From Rubripirellula sp. (GTDB lineage: Bacteria; Planctomycetota; Planctomycetia; Pirellulales; Pirellulaceae): a DNA stretch of 64,000 nucleotides. A program made the translations under genes and the position numbers. Under the pieces are notes generated by a model. The model ran no database searches and had not been told where the DNA came from. It was given only the letters and a program-made list of their open reading frames with translations. Of the stretch, positions 39,160-49,809 are shown in pieces (within the stretch, counting starts at the first letter, position 1; every line of letters starts with the position of its first letter). The stretch covers positions 960,001-1,024,000 of the forward strand of contig OZ244207.1 of the NCBI GenBank assembly GCA_965216875.1, in the 5' to 3' direction.

Positions 39160-40893
39160 ATGAACCAGCTTCCGTTTCAATCCTTGGCCGCATGTCTCGG
39201 ATTGGCGTTTGCCTTTACGTTGCCCTCTTCCTCGGCACTGGATTGCTCGGCACTGGCAAGCGATGGTGTTGTCACAACACGCGACGAGATCTATTCGACG
39301 GAGCGTTTGCTCGATATTCGGATCGAGGTCGCACCCAAAGATTGGGATCAATTGCGGCACCAAACGCGTTCGCTCGTCGGATCGCTCGCCGAGGACCGTG
39401 ACTGGGATTCTCCGTTTGAGTACGTGCCTGCGGACGTGACCATTGACGGTCGGTTAATCGTGAATGTCGGGATTCGAAAAAAAGGATTCCTGGGATCTCT
39501 CGATAGCGAACGGCCGTCCTTGAAGATTCGCTTTGACAAGTACGAAGACCAAGCGCCGTTTGGGGACCTGGACCGTCTGACGCTCAACAACAACAAACAG
39601 GATCCTTCACGACTCAGCCAATACCTTTCCTACCGCATGTTTGCGCAGGCTGGGGTCGCTTGCTCGCGGTGTAATTTCGCCAAGGTTTCAGTCAACGGAA
39701 AAGCATTGGGGGTCTATTCGAACGTCGAGGCGATCAAGCCGCCGATGTTGGCGCGAGCCTTTGGCGATGGCAGTGGCATGCTCTATGAAGGGACCGTGGC
39801 CGACTTCGTGCCGGGCACGACCAAACGTTTCGAGGCCAAGACGAAGCGAAGCAAAATGGAACCGTTGGATCAGCTTGCTGATTTGCTGAACCAAGAACAT
39901 TTTGACTTGAAGGAACTCGATGAGTTGGTCGACGTCGAATCGTTTCTGCGTTTTTGGGCCATGGAAAGTTTGATTGGTTTCTGGGATGGATACACCCACA
40001 ACCAAAACAACTTTTATCTCTATCGCAACCCCGCGAACTCCAAGTTCTATTTCCTGCCCTGGGGGACCGATTCCGCGTTCACGAATTTTGTTCCGCCAAT
40101 CATCGACAAAATTGCAAATCGATCGTTCCATGCCAACGCAACCCTTCCCAACCGGCTCTACCGAACGCGCGAGTCGCGACGGAGGTATCTACAAACCATG
40201 CGTGGTCTCCTTGCCGACCAGTGGGTTGAGGAAGACCTTTCGGCGGAAATCGATCAAGTCCGGTTGCTCCTGGAAGATTCAGTGCTCGACAAGGCAGGGT
40301 TCAGAAAGTCAGTCGAAGGAGTGCGGGCGTTCATTCACGCGCGACGTTCCTCGATCGAATCGGAACTGAGGCGATGGCCAATTCCAATTCGCCATGGCCC
40401 ACGACGTCCGGGGTACACTCGACTGCTGGGGGAAGTCACCGCCAGTTTTGAGACTCGATGGTCAACCCCTTTGGTCTTCCAGAGTGGATACCTGGGCGAA
40501 GCCGATATCAACCTGACGATGAACGGCAGTCCCGTTGCGTTGAGTGGCGCGACCGCCTCGGCCACACCGGACAAACAGAAAACGCCAACCCTTACCTTGT
40601 CTGCGACGCGCGAAAGCGACAAGACACCCTTGGCCTTTTCACTCAACGTCGCTCCGTCAGACTTTCACGCCGCTGAAGCTCCCGTGGCTGTCACCGGACT
40701 TTTTAGGGAAGGTAGCATGATCACTTTCCTTACAATGATGTCTGCCAATCCGGCTGCCATCAAATTAATCGACGGTACGGTAAAGCTCGAAGAGGCGTCG
40801 ACTGAGACAGACGGGCACGTTCGTGGGGTTGCGAGATTTCGCATCATGCAATTTGCCGGTGGGCAAAAGCCAGAAGTCGCCTGGGAAGAGTAG
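39160..40893 (+). CDS. CotH kinase family protein
   Basis: VGIRKKG, RPSLKIRFD, LTLNNNKQDPS, LGVYSNVE, WDGY..NQNNFYLY, FLPWGTD. Confidence 0.9.
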   Translation: MNQLPFQSLAACLGLAFAFTLPSSSALDCSALASDGVVTTRDEIYSTERLLDIRIEVAPKDWDQLRHQTRSLVGSLAEDRDWDSPFEYVPADVTIDGRLIVNVGIRKKGFLGSLDSERPSLKIRFDKYEDQAPFGDLDRLTLNNNKQDPSRLSQYLSYRMFAQAGVACSRCNFAKVSVNGKALGVYSNVEAIKPPMLARAFGDGSGMLYEGTVADFVPGTTKRFEAKTKRSKMEPLDQLADLLNQEHFDLKELDELVDVESFLRFWAMESLIGFWDGYTHNQNNFYLYRNPANSKFYFLPWGTDSAFTNFVPPIIDKIANRSFHANATLPNRLYRTRESRRRYLQTMRGLLADQWVEEDLSAEIDQVRLLLEDSVLDKAGFRKSVEGVRAFIHARRSSIESELRRWPIPIRHGPRRPGYTRLLGEVTASFETRWSTPLVFQSGYLGEADINLTMNGSPVALSGATASATPDKQKTPTLTLSATRESDKTPLAFSLNVAPSDFHAAEAPVAVTGLFREGSMITFLTMMSANPAAIKLIDGTVKLEEASTETDGHVRGVARFRIMQFAGGQKPEVAWEE

Positions 40894-40941
40894 GTCATGC
40901 TGTGCATGACACCTGCAGACTGTCATGCGAAGCATGACCTA
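40890..40941. repeat. GTAG REP doublet
   Basis: GTAGGTCATGCTGTGCATGAC ... GTCATGCGAAGCATGACCTAC. Confidence 0.75.
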
Positions 40942-40974
40942 CGGGTCTACGGGTCTAAAAGACTGACAGAAAAT

Positions 40975-41523
40975 ATGACCAAGCAAACACGCACTTTATT
41001 GCTAATGCTGATTGTGCTAACTGCGCAAATGTGTGGTGCAGAGGACGGGTCCAGGAAACCCAAGGTCGGGGCGAAGGATCAATTGTCGCCGAACACACTA
41101 TTGTTCCGCGCGTTGTGCCTGCAAGAGTTTCCCAAGGAGGTGATTGAAACGGTTTACGGAATGCACGGTCAAGAATGGGTCGCACGGAAGCTGGGCATGG
41201 ACAATCAAACTCCAATTTACCTTTCGACCGGTTTGTCGAATGAGTTTCGTACGTGGCGCGCGCCTTCGCCAGAGTTGATTAACGCCATCGGTTCGAAGCG
41301 AGTCCGATCAGTGAACGATGCACCCGCTGACGGCATCATCGTCATCGTGGAGGATGTGGATTGGGAGTCGGCCAATGAGGTGTCGCTCGACATTGGCACC
41401 TATCACAAGGACTTGGGACGGATCCATGGCTCAATGGACCTTCACCTCGTGTTCAACGATGGAAAATGGGAAATTGCATTCCAGGGCGGGTGCTATACCC
41501 GCAAAGTATCCGACGCCGATTAG
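40975..41523 (+). CDS. Hypothetical secreted or lipoprotein
   Basis: Hydrophobic N-terminus (MTKQTRTLLLMLIVLTAQMCG); no family recognised. Confidence 0.65.
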   Translation: MTKQTRTLLLMLIVLTAQMCGAEDGSRKPKVGAKDQLSPNTLLFRALCLQEFPKEVIETVYGMHGQEWVARKLGMDNQTPIYLSTGLSNEFRTWRAPSPELINAIGSKRVRSVNDAPADGIIVIVEDVDWESANEVSLDIGTYHKDLGRIHGSMDLHLVFNDGKWEIAFQGGCYTRKVSDAD

Positions 41524-43304
41524 TCATTTTGGCCGACGAAAGTACCATCGGACTTCTTGATTCTCAGATAGTCCAGACCAAACATGTAAGCTTTTACTGC
41601 ATTTCGGTTTGCTCCGAGGATCTGAACGTTCAACGCGTGGCGTTTGCCTTCGACCGAGACATTCGGGAATGAAAGGACACCGGTGGTGATCACGCCGTTG
41701 TTGTACAAATCGATCTGTGGTCCAAAAGGTTGGTCGTCAAGTGACAATTGAACGATGCCGTAGTCGCGAGCACAGGTCATGACAACTTCAACATCAACGG
41801 TGCCGGAGAAGTCGGGCAGCGCTAGCGACAGCGAATCACCCGGTTTCGCTTGCGTCCACCACAATTGCGACGAGTTACTCCAGTGATCGCCCGTGAAGTT
41901 GGCCAGGTCTTGACGCGATGTTTGACCGCCGGTTGGCTCGCCAGAAAGCGTTTCGCCTTCGATGGCATCGGCGACGTGACCGACAGCTTGATCGATCTTT
42001 GACTTTGGTCCTCGGAGCTGTTTCGCACCGTAAACCTTGGGCAATTTCGGGCCGGTGTAGAGCTTCGGCTGAGCCGCTTCGAATTCGGATTGACTGACTT
42101 TCCTCACATGCTGTGTCAACACATGTGCCCCCAGCATGCCGCCAACAACGATGTCAGGCAGTGCGTCGTTGTTCACGTCTGCGATCGATACCTGGCGACC
42201 AATCCCCGCTTCACCATCTGCCTTGTAGGGAATCCAATCCACGCCCTCTTTGCCGCGAACGAGCTTAAACCAATAGACCACTGCACCCGCGTCCCACTGA
42301 GGGCTTTGGCGGTGATGCGACCAATAGGTCTTGCCGGTGATGATGTCTTTGAGGCCGTCGCCATCCATGTCGGCCAACGCGACCGAGTGCAGTTCGCTAA
42401 ACACAACTCCGTATCGATTTTCCGAAGGGTGTTCATTCATGATCAAGTGATGCTTGAACGCGGGTTCGTTCTCGTTGCTGCCAGGAATCTGTTCATACCA
42501 AGCGAGTCCGAAATCATGGGCACGATGACTCGTGATGATGTCGTTGTCACCGTCACCATCGACATCGTAGGCGTGCATCTCTGCTCCGCCGTAGCCTTCG
42601 CTCAGCGAAACCTCATGCGGAATCCAACGTGACGTCAACTGATGATCCGATGGCTGTTCGAACCATCCGCTTGCGTGAATGATGTCCTTTCGACCGTCGC
42701 CATTGACATCGCCGATACCGAGCCCGTGGCCGTATCTCTTCGAGGCGATCTGCTGCGAGACGGGATGGAACTCCCAAGCCTCAAACGGCTGGTCCCAGTC
42801 AACCATTGCGAAACCGAAGAACCCGTCGCGCGTGCAAATCAACTCCGGTCGATCATCGCCGACAACGTCAATCAACTGAGGCGACTCATTGGAAACCCAA
42901 TCAAACACCTGGTGTTTGGTCCAGAGGTTTGCGTATCCATCTTCCCCCGGATTCTGGTAGACATACGCTGGAGTCCCTGGGAATCCGACCACAAAGACGT
43001 CTTTTCGTCCGTCCCCATCGAAGTCGTACAACCAATTAAAGAAATTGTTGGCGTAGCGATCCCGATTCTGTGGGACGGGCTTGTAGATTTCGTGCTTCGT
43101 CGAAAACTCTGGACCTTCAAACCAATAGGGGCCATAAACAACATCCGACACACCATCTCCATTGACGTCAGCTGCGTTCGCGCCCTCGGAGTAGTAGGTG
43201 TCGGTTAGTTGCAGCCGTTTGAACGAATGCACAACCCGCTGGTCGGCGAAGGTCGACGCTGTGACGAACAGACTGGCGACAAGAATGACTCGTTGAATCA
43301 GCAT
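41520..43304 (-). CDS. FG-GAP/VCBS repeat protein
   Basis: Repeated DVNGDG/DFDGDG/DMDGDG calcium-binding motifs; signal peptide; C-terminal beta-sandwich. Confidence 0.9.
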   Translation of the reverse strand: MLIQRVILVASLFVTASTFADQRVVHSFKRLQLTDTYYSEGANAADVNGDGVSDVVYGPYWFEGPEFSTKHEIYKPVPQNRDRYANNFFNWLYDFDGDGRKDVFVVGFPGTPAYVYQNPGEDGYANLWTKHQVFDWVSNESPQLIDVVGDDRPELICTRDGFFGFAMVDWDQPFEAWEFHPVSQQIASKRYGHGLGIGDVNGDGRKDIIHASGWFEQPSDHQLTSRWIPHEVSLSEGYGGAEMHAYDVDGDGDNDIITSHRAHDFGLAWYEQIPGSNENEPAFKHHLIMNEHPSENRYGVVFSELHSVALADMDGDGLKDIITGKTYWSHHRQSPQWDAGAVVYWFKLVRGKEGVDWIPYKADGEAGIGRQVSIADVNNDALPDIVVGGMLGAHVLTQHVRKVSQSEFEAAQPKLYTGPKLPKVYGAKQLRGPKSKIDQAVGHVADAIEGETLSGEPTGGQTSRQDLANFTGDHWSNSSQLWWTQAKPGDSLSLALPDFSGTVDVEVVMTCARDYGIVQLSLDDQPFGPQIDLYNNGVITTGVLSFPNVSVEGKRHALNVQILGANRNAVKAYMFGLDYLRIKKSDGTFVGQND

Positions 43305-43386
43305 GGCGAGATCTCGGCAACTCGTTGTAATGGTTGAGGTAACATCACACGGAAAGACTTGTCAGTGGATTCATGGACGGAAAGGT

Positions 43387-46239
43387 TCAATGATCGAATC
43401 GGTCGTGGTCAGGCCAATCGCTGACGTTGTCGATAGCACGCTCGAGTTCAGGAAGGACCGCGCTCACCACGCGTGAGACGCGTGCGCTAATCCGGGTATT
43501 GAACAAAAGGGCCACGTTTCGCCCGTCGGGGCGACGAATGAGGATGGTGTTGGTGCCCGGCAACGATCCGCCGTGCGAGGCAGTCGACTCGCCTGAGTCA
43601 TTGACGGTGACGGACCATCCGAGCCCGTAGTATCGGGGCTTTTCAGACCCATCTTTGCCGTATCCCGCCAATCCATCAGGGCGGGCAAACATCTCGGCGA
43701 TCCGATCCTGCGAGAGGATTGGGCTCTCGCTCGATACGTCGAAAGCGCTTGCAAATCGGACCAAGTCGCTCGCCGAAGCAATCCATGCGCCATGAGAGTC
43801 CATGGCTTCCAGGTGCCACGCGCCGTACGGTTGGGGCACCGGCAAATTCAAGTCGTTCGCAAAAACGGAATCACCCAAGCGAGGATCGTAGTAGCGAACC
43901 TCGTTCCGTTGTCGCCCATTCAACCGTGTTGCCCCGACGCTCATTGACTTGATGCCAAGCGGCTCAAGGACATGCTGTTTGACGTACGCTTCGTATCCTT
44001 GGCCGGACACCTTTTCGATGACCCGGCCGAGCAGGCAGTAGCCGTAGTTCGAGTACGCGTAACGCTGACCGGGATCGAAATCCAATGGTTTCCCGAGCAT
44101 CACACGGATGACCGTGTCCGGAGTCGCAGGCGGTTCGACACCAAGCGTTTCAGAAAACTCGCTTGACTTGAACATCGCATCGAACGATTTGTTGCGATCC
44201 CAACCGCCGCGATGTTGCAACAAGTGACGAATCGTGATGTTGTGATGCCGCTCGTCGAATGCTGCCTTCTCATCCAAGTGCGGTTCGTACTCAAGCAATT
44301 CAAAGACCTTATCCTCAAGCGAGAGCTTGCGTTGATCAACAAGGTTTAGGATCGCGACGGCGGTGATCGGCTTCGAAATGCTGGCGATGCGAAACAGGCT
44401 TTCGGGGCTCGCCGACTCTCGTTTGCCTACGTCGGCGTAACCGAATCCGCGAGCGTAAACCAATCGCCCTTGATCCGTGATCGCCAATGACGCGCCGGGG
44501 ATCTTCTGGTCACGAATGAACGTTTGCAAGACCTCATCGACTTCTGCCATTGCCGTGACAGGATGTCCGGTGGTCACCGAGTGCGGTGCTTTGGATTCGT
44601 CGTAACCGGGCCCTCGCAATACTCGCCCAGGACGCTTGCCGGTGAGTTTGCCATCGGCGAACACGATCTCGCCATTGACAATCACGTGCTGCATGCCCTC
44701 CGACAAAACGTTGGGGTCTTTGAAGTTGGCTTTGTCCGTGAGCTTGTCGTAGTCAAACACGATCACATCCGCAGCCAACCCTTCGGCAATGCGACCTCGA
44801 TCGTAAATCATCACGCTGTTTCCGGCGGCCGCACTGGCCTGAGCGACGGCGCGCTCCATGGAAACAACGCCAAGTTCACGGACGTACCGGGAGAGCATCC
44901 TGGGAAACGAGCCGAAAGAACGAGGGTGGGAAGCACTGCGGCTGCCGCCGGCTGGTCCCACATCCGTGCAGAAGGAGATGAACTCTTGCTGCATCGCCAA
45001 GATCTTGTTCGCGTCACTCATCGTTTCAGGGCATGCGAAGGATCCGGCGATACAGAGCGTGAAAAACGTGTCCCAAACGTCATCGCCGGTCGCCTTGGCA
45101 ATCGCCGCGACGGACTGTCCTGCGTATTGACGGTAGCGCGGCTCGTTGGTCTGGCCGACGACGATGCGATCCCAATCCGATCCCGCGTGGCGGTACCAGT
45201 TTTCCCAACCCGATGTGGTTTCGATTTCGCGACGTACCTGGTCGCGCAGTTCGGTATCGCGTTTGAGTCGGTTCAGGAAGCTCGCGCGGCCTCCCCCAAA
45301 ATGCTGTGGGTGAATGAGAGCGTCGATGCCCAAGCCGTTGTTGACGTAGGGATAGATGTCGGCCGTCACTTGATGACCTTCGGCGCGCGCAGCCTTGATG
45401 CGCGCGATGGCAAGTTGCATTTTTCCCCAGTTCTGTTTGCCGGCTGCTTTGAGGTGAAAAATATGTACGGGAGTGTTTCCGAGGCGACCGATCTCCAGTG
45501 CTTCGTCGATCGCATCAAGGAGTTGATCTCCTTCGTTGCGCATGTGAGTGTAGTAGCGACCTCCGTACTGGCCTGCGACTGCGGCCAACGCCCCAATCTC
45601 TTCGGTCGTGGCATAGACGGCGGGCGGGTAGATCAAAGCGGTTGACACCCCAATGGCTCCGGCCTGCATTGCCTCGTGGACATGTTGCTTCATCGCTTCC
45701 AGTTCATCATCACTGCAGCGGCGATTGTCTTCGCCCATCACCAGACGTCGGACCTGTGTGTGCCCAACCGTTTGGACGACGTTGACGGGCATGCCTTTGA
45801 GATCGAGCAGTTGAAAGTACTCGGCCATGTTCTGCCAGCCGAGTTTCGCGGCAGTGTCCTCGTCAACGGGTGCTGCAGACGAGCCTTCACCGGCGTTGAT
45901 GGTGGTGATCCCTTGGGTCAAGAGGTTGATTGCCGTTGATGGATCTCGCAGCATCGGTGTGGCGGTTTGACCCATCATGTCAATGAAGCCCGGCGCCACG
46001 ATCAATCCTGTTGCATCGATTGACACCTTGCCGGCTTGCGAGTCGATGCGTCCGATCTTGACAATTTTCCCGTCGCGAATTCCCAGGTCGGCTTCGAACC
46101 ATGGTGCGCCCGTGCCATCGACGATGCGTCCATTGGTGACGACAAGATCAAATTTGGGCTGAGGATCGTCGGCACGCACGCCGATCGGGTCATGAGCCAC
46201 AACCAAGATGATGAGCGAGATAAGAATGAAGTTTCGCAC
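43387..46239 (-). CDS. N-acyl-D-amino-acid deacylase (amidohydrolase) fused to a class C beta-lactamase-family serine hydrolase
   Basis: IVDGTG, APGFID, THMRNEG, HIFHLK and HPRSFGSFPR in the N-half; ASISK (SxxK), YSNYGY and HGGSLPG in the C-half. GTG start inferred. Confidence 0.9.
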   Translation of the reverse strand: MRNFILISLIILVVAHDPIGVRADDPQPKFDLVVTNGRIVDGTGAPWFEADLGIRDGKIVKIGRIDSQAGKVSIDATGLIVAPGFIDMMGQTATPMLRDPSTAINLLTQGITTINAGEGSSAAPVDEDTAAKLGWQNMAEYFQLLDLKGMPVNVVQTVGHTQVRRLVMGEDNRRCSDDELEAMKQHVHEAMQAGAIGVSTALIYPPAVYATTEEIGALAAVAGQYGGRYYTHMRNEGDQLLDAIDEALEIGRLGNTPVHIFHLKAAGKQNWGKMQLAIARIKAARAEGHQVTADIYPYVNNGLGIDALIHPQHFGGGRASFLNRLKRDTELRDQVRREIETTSGWENWYRHAGSDWDRIVVGQTNEPRYRQYAGQSVAAIAKATGDDVWDTFFTLCIAGSFACPETMSDANKILAMQQEFISFCTDVGPAGGSRSASHPRSFGSFPRMLSRYVRELGVVSMERAVAQASAAAGNSVMIYDRGRIAEGLAADVIVFDYDKLTDKANFKDPNVLSEGMQHVIVNGEIVFADGKLTGKRPGRVLRGPGYDESKAPHSVTTGHPVTAMAEVDEVLQTFIRDQKIPGASLAITDQGRLVYARGFGYADVGKRESASPESLFRIASISKPITAVAILNLVDQRKLSLEDKVFELLEYEPHLDEKAAFDERHHNITIRHLLQHRGGWDRNKSFDAMFKSSEFSETLGVEPPATPDTVIRVMLGKPLDFDPGQRYAYSNYGYCLLGRVIEKVSGQGYEAYVKQHVLEPLGIKSMSVGATRLNGRQRNEVRYYDPRLGDSVFANDLNLPVPQPYGAWHLEAMDSHGAWIASASDLVRFASAFDVSSESPILSQDRIAEMFARPDGLAGYGKDGSEKPRYYGLGWSVTVNDSGESTASHGGSLPGTNTILIRRPDGRNVALLFNTRISARVSRVVSAVLPELERAIDNVSDWPDHDRFDH

Positions 46240-46897
46240 TGGCGTACCTGCGCTGTGTCTTGGGGTGGGAGAGGAGCCGGTGAAGGGCGATTCGATTGAA
46301 GTGAACGCGGTGGTGTCGGTCGAGATCGAGGCGAACGCGACTGCCTCCAAGGGGGCAGCTCAAAGTTGAAGGGGTGTGATGAAACGAAACGCGTTCGTTT
46401 GGCAACGCACTCGAGTGCAATGGGCTTACGCGATTGAGTTGCGTGGCGGCATACGTAAGCGATGGCACTCGACTGAGTTGGCTGGCGCGACGAACATCGT
46501 CGCTGATTGGCCTACGAACGTTTGATCTGCCCTCGGGTAGGCGGGTGAGGTGGGACCATGATGCTACCAGCTCGCCAAGGCAACGGCCAGTTTTTAGCCC
46601 AGGAAAGGGAAGTGGTGGCCATGGAACAGCCACGGGCCCGTCCGTCGAAAGTGGCGTGAGTTCGACTGGAGAGCTCGACTTCGATGAACGGTAGCTTTTT
46701 GCGAGGGTTTTTCGACTGTTTCCGGCTGCGCAAACCTTTCCGGCAAGTTTGCTCGGTGAACGTGGGTGTTGCAGCAGACTCGTCCAGAAAATTCGTCAAA
46801 ACAGAGAATTCGTCGGCTCGCGTCGCAAGTAAGTCCGACACTTTCGTAGTGACGGTGGAAGGGATTCACGCCCCAGCAATTTCGACAGTCGGCAGAG

Positions 46898-48184
46898 ATG
46901 TCCATGCAGTTCCGTGGCAAGGAAAAGCTACTGGTAACCCTTTTGCGAATGGTCGCTCTGTGCGTTTGTGCTGGGCCCTCTTTTGCATCTGCGCAAGGTG
47001 TTCAGCAGACCGGATCTTCCAGCTCCATTCGCGGCAACTACGTTCCGCCAAAGCTCTTTCAAAACCCGAACATCAATGTCACCGAGCTCACCAGCCCACC
47101 GCGTCTCGAGCCGGTCAACACAGACCCGTACCACGCTTTCAAGCAGCGTCTCTCCGAAAACTATGGCATCGACTACCTGTTCGCCTACGCGCCTCTGTTT
47201 CAAGTCGGCGAGGGCGGACGCGAATACATCGATGCAGAATTGGATTTCGGGTTCATCTGGAATCTGACTGACAACGGGCATTCCAAAGGCAACCTGCTCG
47301 CCTACATGCTTTGGGTGCAGACATTTTCGACCAACCCGACTGGCGAATTTCTCGCACCCTATGGTGTCGTCACTCAGGCGAACTCTGGCGGCACGGACCC
47401 GAATCAGGGGACGACGCAGCTGAACCTATTTGCTTGGGAACAGACGTGGCATGACGAAGCGATCAGCCTTCGTTTCGGCCAACTTCGGAATGACTTCTTC
47501 TTCGGCACCAACAAGTATCACAACGACGATCGGTTCGTCTTTTTGCATAGCGTGCTTTCCGGTTTGCAGGGCATCAATTGGGCCGCAACCGGAAAAGGGA
47601 TCGGTGGGATGGTTGATGTGCGTGGCGAACGTTTCTACACGACATTGGGCTTTGCCGACGCCAAGGCTCGCCAAACCTATCCCGAGGTGCAGAGCTTCTT
47701 TGACGGTCGCTACCACTACCTGGGTGAGGTTGGATGGACGCCAACGTTTGGCTGCAACAGCGAAGGCGAGTACAAGGCGACGATGAGCTACACCGCGCGA
47801 ACCGGTGATCCCAACAATGTCGGCTAGCGAGAGGGATACGGTTTGATTCTCAGTGCGCGTCAGGACTTCCATGAAAGGTTCGGCGTCGCGGCGCGATGGA
47901 ACAAATCGTTCGAGCGATACAACGCGGGCCTACGTGAATCGCTCGTGGCCAGTTGCACGATGACGGGCGTCGGCCGATACAAAGATGATTGGATCAGCCT
48001 CGGGTTTTTCTATGGCAAGCCCATCGACCGGTCACTCCAGGAAGAAAGTGGAATGGAGATCTACTGGAGGGCTCAGATCACCAAAACGATCGAGTTCACC
48101 CCCGACTTTCTGATGTACTTTGATCGAGCTCGGCAGAGTGGACCCGCCTTCTTCGGTGCCTTTCGAATCCGAATCCTGCTTTGA
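46898..48184 (+). pseudogene. Carbohydrate-selective (OprB-like) porin interrupted by an in-frame TAG at 47825-47827
   Basis: ORFs 46898-47827 and 47843-48184 share one frame: GGC TAG CGA GAG GGA TAC GGT TTG. Signal peptide; AWEQTW, LRFGQ, ESGMEIYWRAQITKTIEFTPD and terminal AFRIRILL beta-barrel features. Confidence 0.7.
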
Positions 48185-48583
48185 GTCACGATCGATCATG
48201 GCTGTGGCCAAAGTTGCAGAGATTGTGAGACTTGAGATGCCCTCGACTTCCCCGCGGATTGGATTTACGTTGCCATGAGGTGAAGTGCTTGCCCCCGTTA
48301 TCGCGCACGCCAACAAACACCCTCCCGCTTACGGGAGGGTCGGACGCAAGGTCCGGGGAGGGAGAGCCAGAGGATTTGCTGGCTGCGATTGGTGCGATCG
48401 ATCCAAGTGCTATCGCGTTGGGGACGTTTTGGCACCATGAATCCGTTTCGCTGGCCGCGGGGGGCGGATGACGATTCGGCGCGCACCGGATCACGGCGTC
48501 GCGCGACGACTCATTGAAAACCGACTCGCCGTGCCCGTTGGCGGCAGTCGTGATCAGGCGAACCAGATCAAGGCTCTAACCTA

Positions 48584-48985
48584 ATGATGCAACTATTCGA
48601 ACGATTTGCCGCCGATGTCGCAGCTCAACCGCAATGGCTTCAGGTGTGGGGGAATGTCCTGGGGCCCGTCACATTGCTATCGATGGTCTTGTTTCTGTTT
48701 CGGCGCAATCTAATCCCCGTTGCATTGCTCACGTTCCTCGTGCTGCCGTCAATGCTGCTACTCTACCATTACTTCGGATATAGCCGAATCCTCGGCCTTG
48801 CCCACATTGTTTTCTGGACGCCAGCCGTCGTCTACCTGCTTAGAATCAGACCCAGTTGGCGAGCGAAAGAAACTTGGCTCGGCAAATGGATCATCATCGC
48901 ATTGGCAGTGATGCTCATATCACTCGCCTTCGACTATGTAGATCTGGCTCGCTGGCTGATGGGGGATCGCGGGCGTGTTAATTGA
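48584..48985 (+). CDS. Hypothetical four-TM membrane protein
   Basis: 133 aa hydrophobic ORF (GYSRILGLAHIVFWTP, SLAFDYVD). Confidence 0.8.
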   Translation: MMQLFERFAADVAAQPQWLQVWGNVLGPVTLLSMVLFLFRRNLIPVALLTFLVLPSMLLLYHYFGYSRILGLAHIVFWTPAVVYLLRIRPSWRAKETWLGKWIIIALAVMLISLAFDYVDLARWLMGDRGRVN

Positions 48986-49088
48986 TGACGACGCGGTCCG
49001 ATTTGTTCGCATGCGATGTCGGATTACAGGTCACGCATTGGAGCACCGTGGCTCCTAGATGGCATCAACACGCCAACACAATGCAAGC

Positions 49089-49733
49089 CTACTTTTTCTT
49101 CTTTCTCGCGACGACGAAATAGCTCGTCGCTCCTTTGCTGATTTTTTCAGCTTCAATCGTTTGGAAACCAACACTTGCGATTAGATCGTCTAACTCGAAG
49201 CTTCTAAGTCGCCTGATGGAAATGGGGATGATTCCAGTTTTAGTCAGAAGCCGGACAAGCTGAATTTGCACGCCAACCCCAAACGACATTTTCTCTTTCA
49301 GGCAAGGCGTCACCGAGATCATTTTTCCGTTCGGTTTCAGCAGGTCGTGAATCCTCCGCATGACGTCATCCACATTCCCAACGGTGTGCAGCATATTGAA
49401 GGCCAGAATCACATCAAACGATTCTTTTTGGTAGCGATTGTCGAATATATCCGTTTGCACGAAGTGTGCATTTTCAATCGAGATTGCTAATGCCTTCTGT
49501 TTCGCCAGTTCAATCATCTTCGACGATGTGTCGATCGCATGAATCTCTTTCGCCAAACCGGCGAATTCGCAGGTTGTTGTTCCGGTCCCGCATCCGTAGT
49601 CTAAGACGATATCTTCAGAACTCAGGTGTTTTCTCGTGTTGTCTCTGCACTTGCTGTGAATGTACTCAAACCGTTCCTCTGTCTTGTCGTAGTTTTTCGA
49701 GGCCTTGTCCCAGAACGTTTGCGATTTGTTCAT
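49089..49733 (-). CDS. Class I SAM-dependent methyltransferase
   Basis: FWDKASKNY, VLDYGCGTG, AIDTSSKMI, FDVILAFNMLH, LLKPNG. Confidence 0.92.
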   Translation of the reverse strand: MNKSQTFWDKASKNYDKTEERFEYIHSKCRDNTRKHLSSEDIVLDYGCGTGTTTCEFAGLAKEIHAIDTSSKMIELAKQKALAISIENAHFVQTDIFDNRYQKESFDVILAFNMLHTVGNVDDVMRRIHDLLKPNGKMISVTPCLKEKMSFGVGVQIQLVRLLTKTGIIPISIRRLRSFELDDLIASVGFQTIEAEKISKGATSYFVVARKKKK

Positions 49734-49809
49734 TCTTATCTTCACGCCTTCGATGGCAACATAACGTCCGCCGCAGCTGTGCACGCCATGCGTCAGTTCG
49801 TGGACTCGT

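Noticed and set aside
46350..46897. Structured ncRNA in the long divergent intergenic region
   Set aside because: Only short scattered hairpins are present, with no repeated or recognisable motif; this is consistent with two promoters.
47825..47900. Pyrrolysine or genome-wide TAG recoding
   Set aside because: TAG terminates many intact genes here (e.g. lysA, pheS, pheT, rplT), and no pyl genes or suppressor tRNA are in the window.
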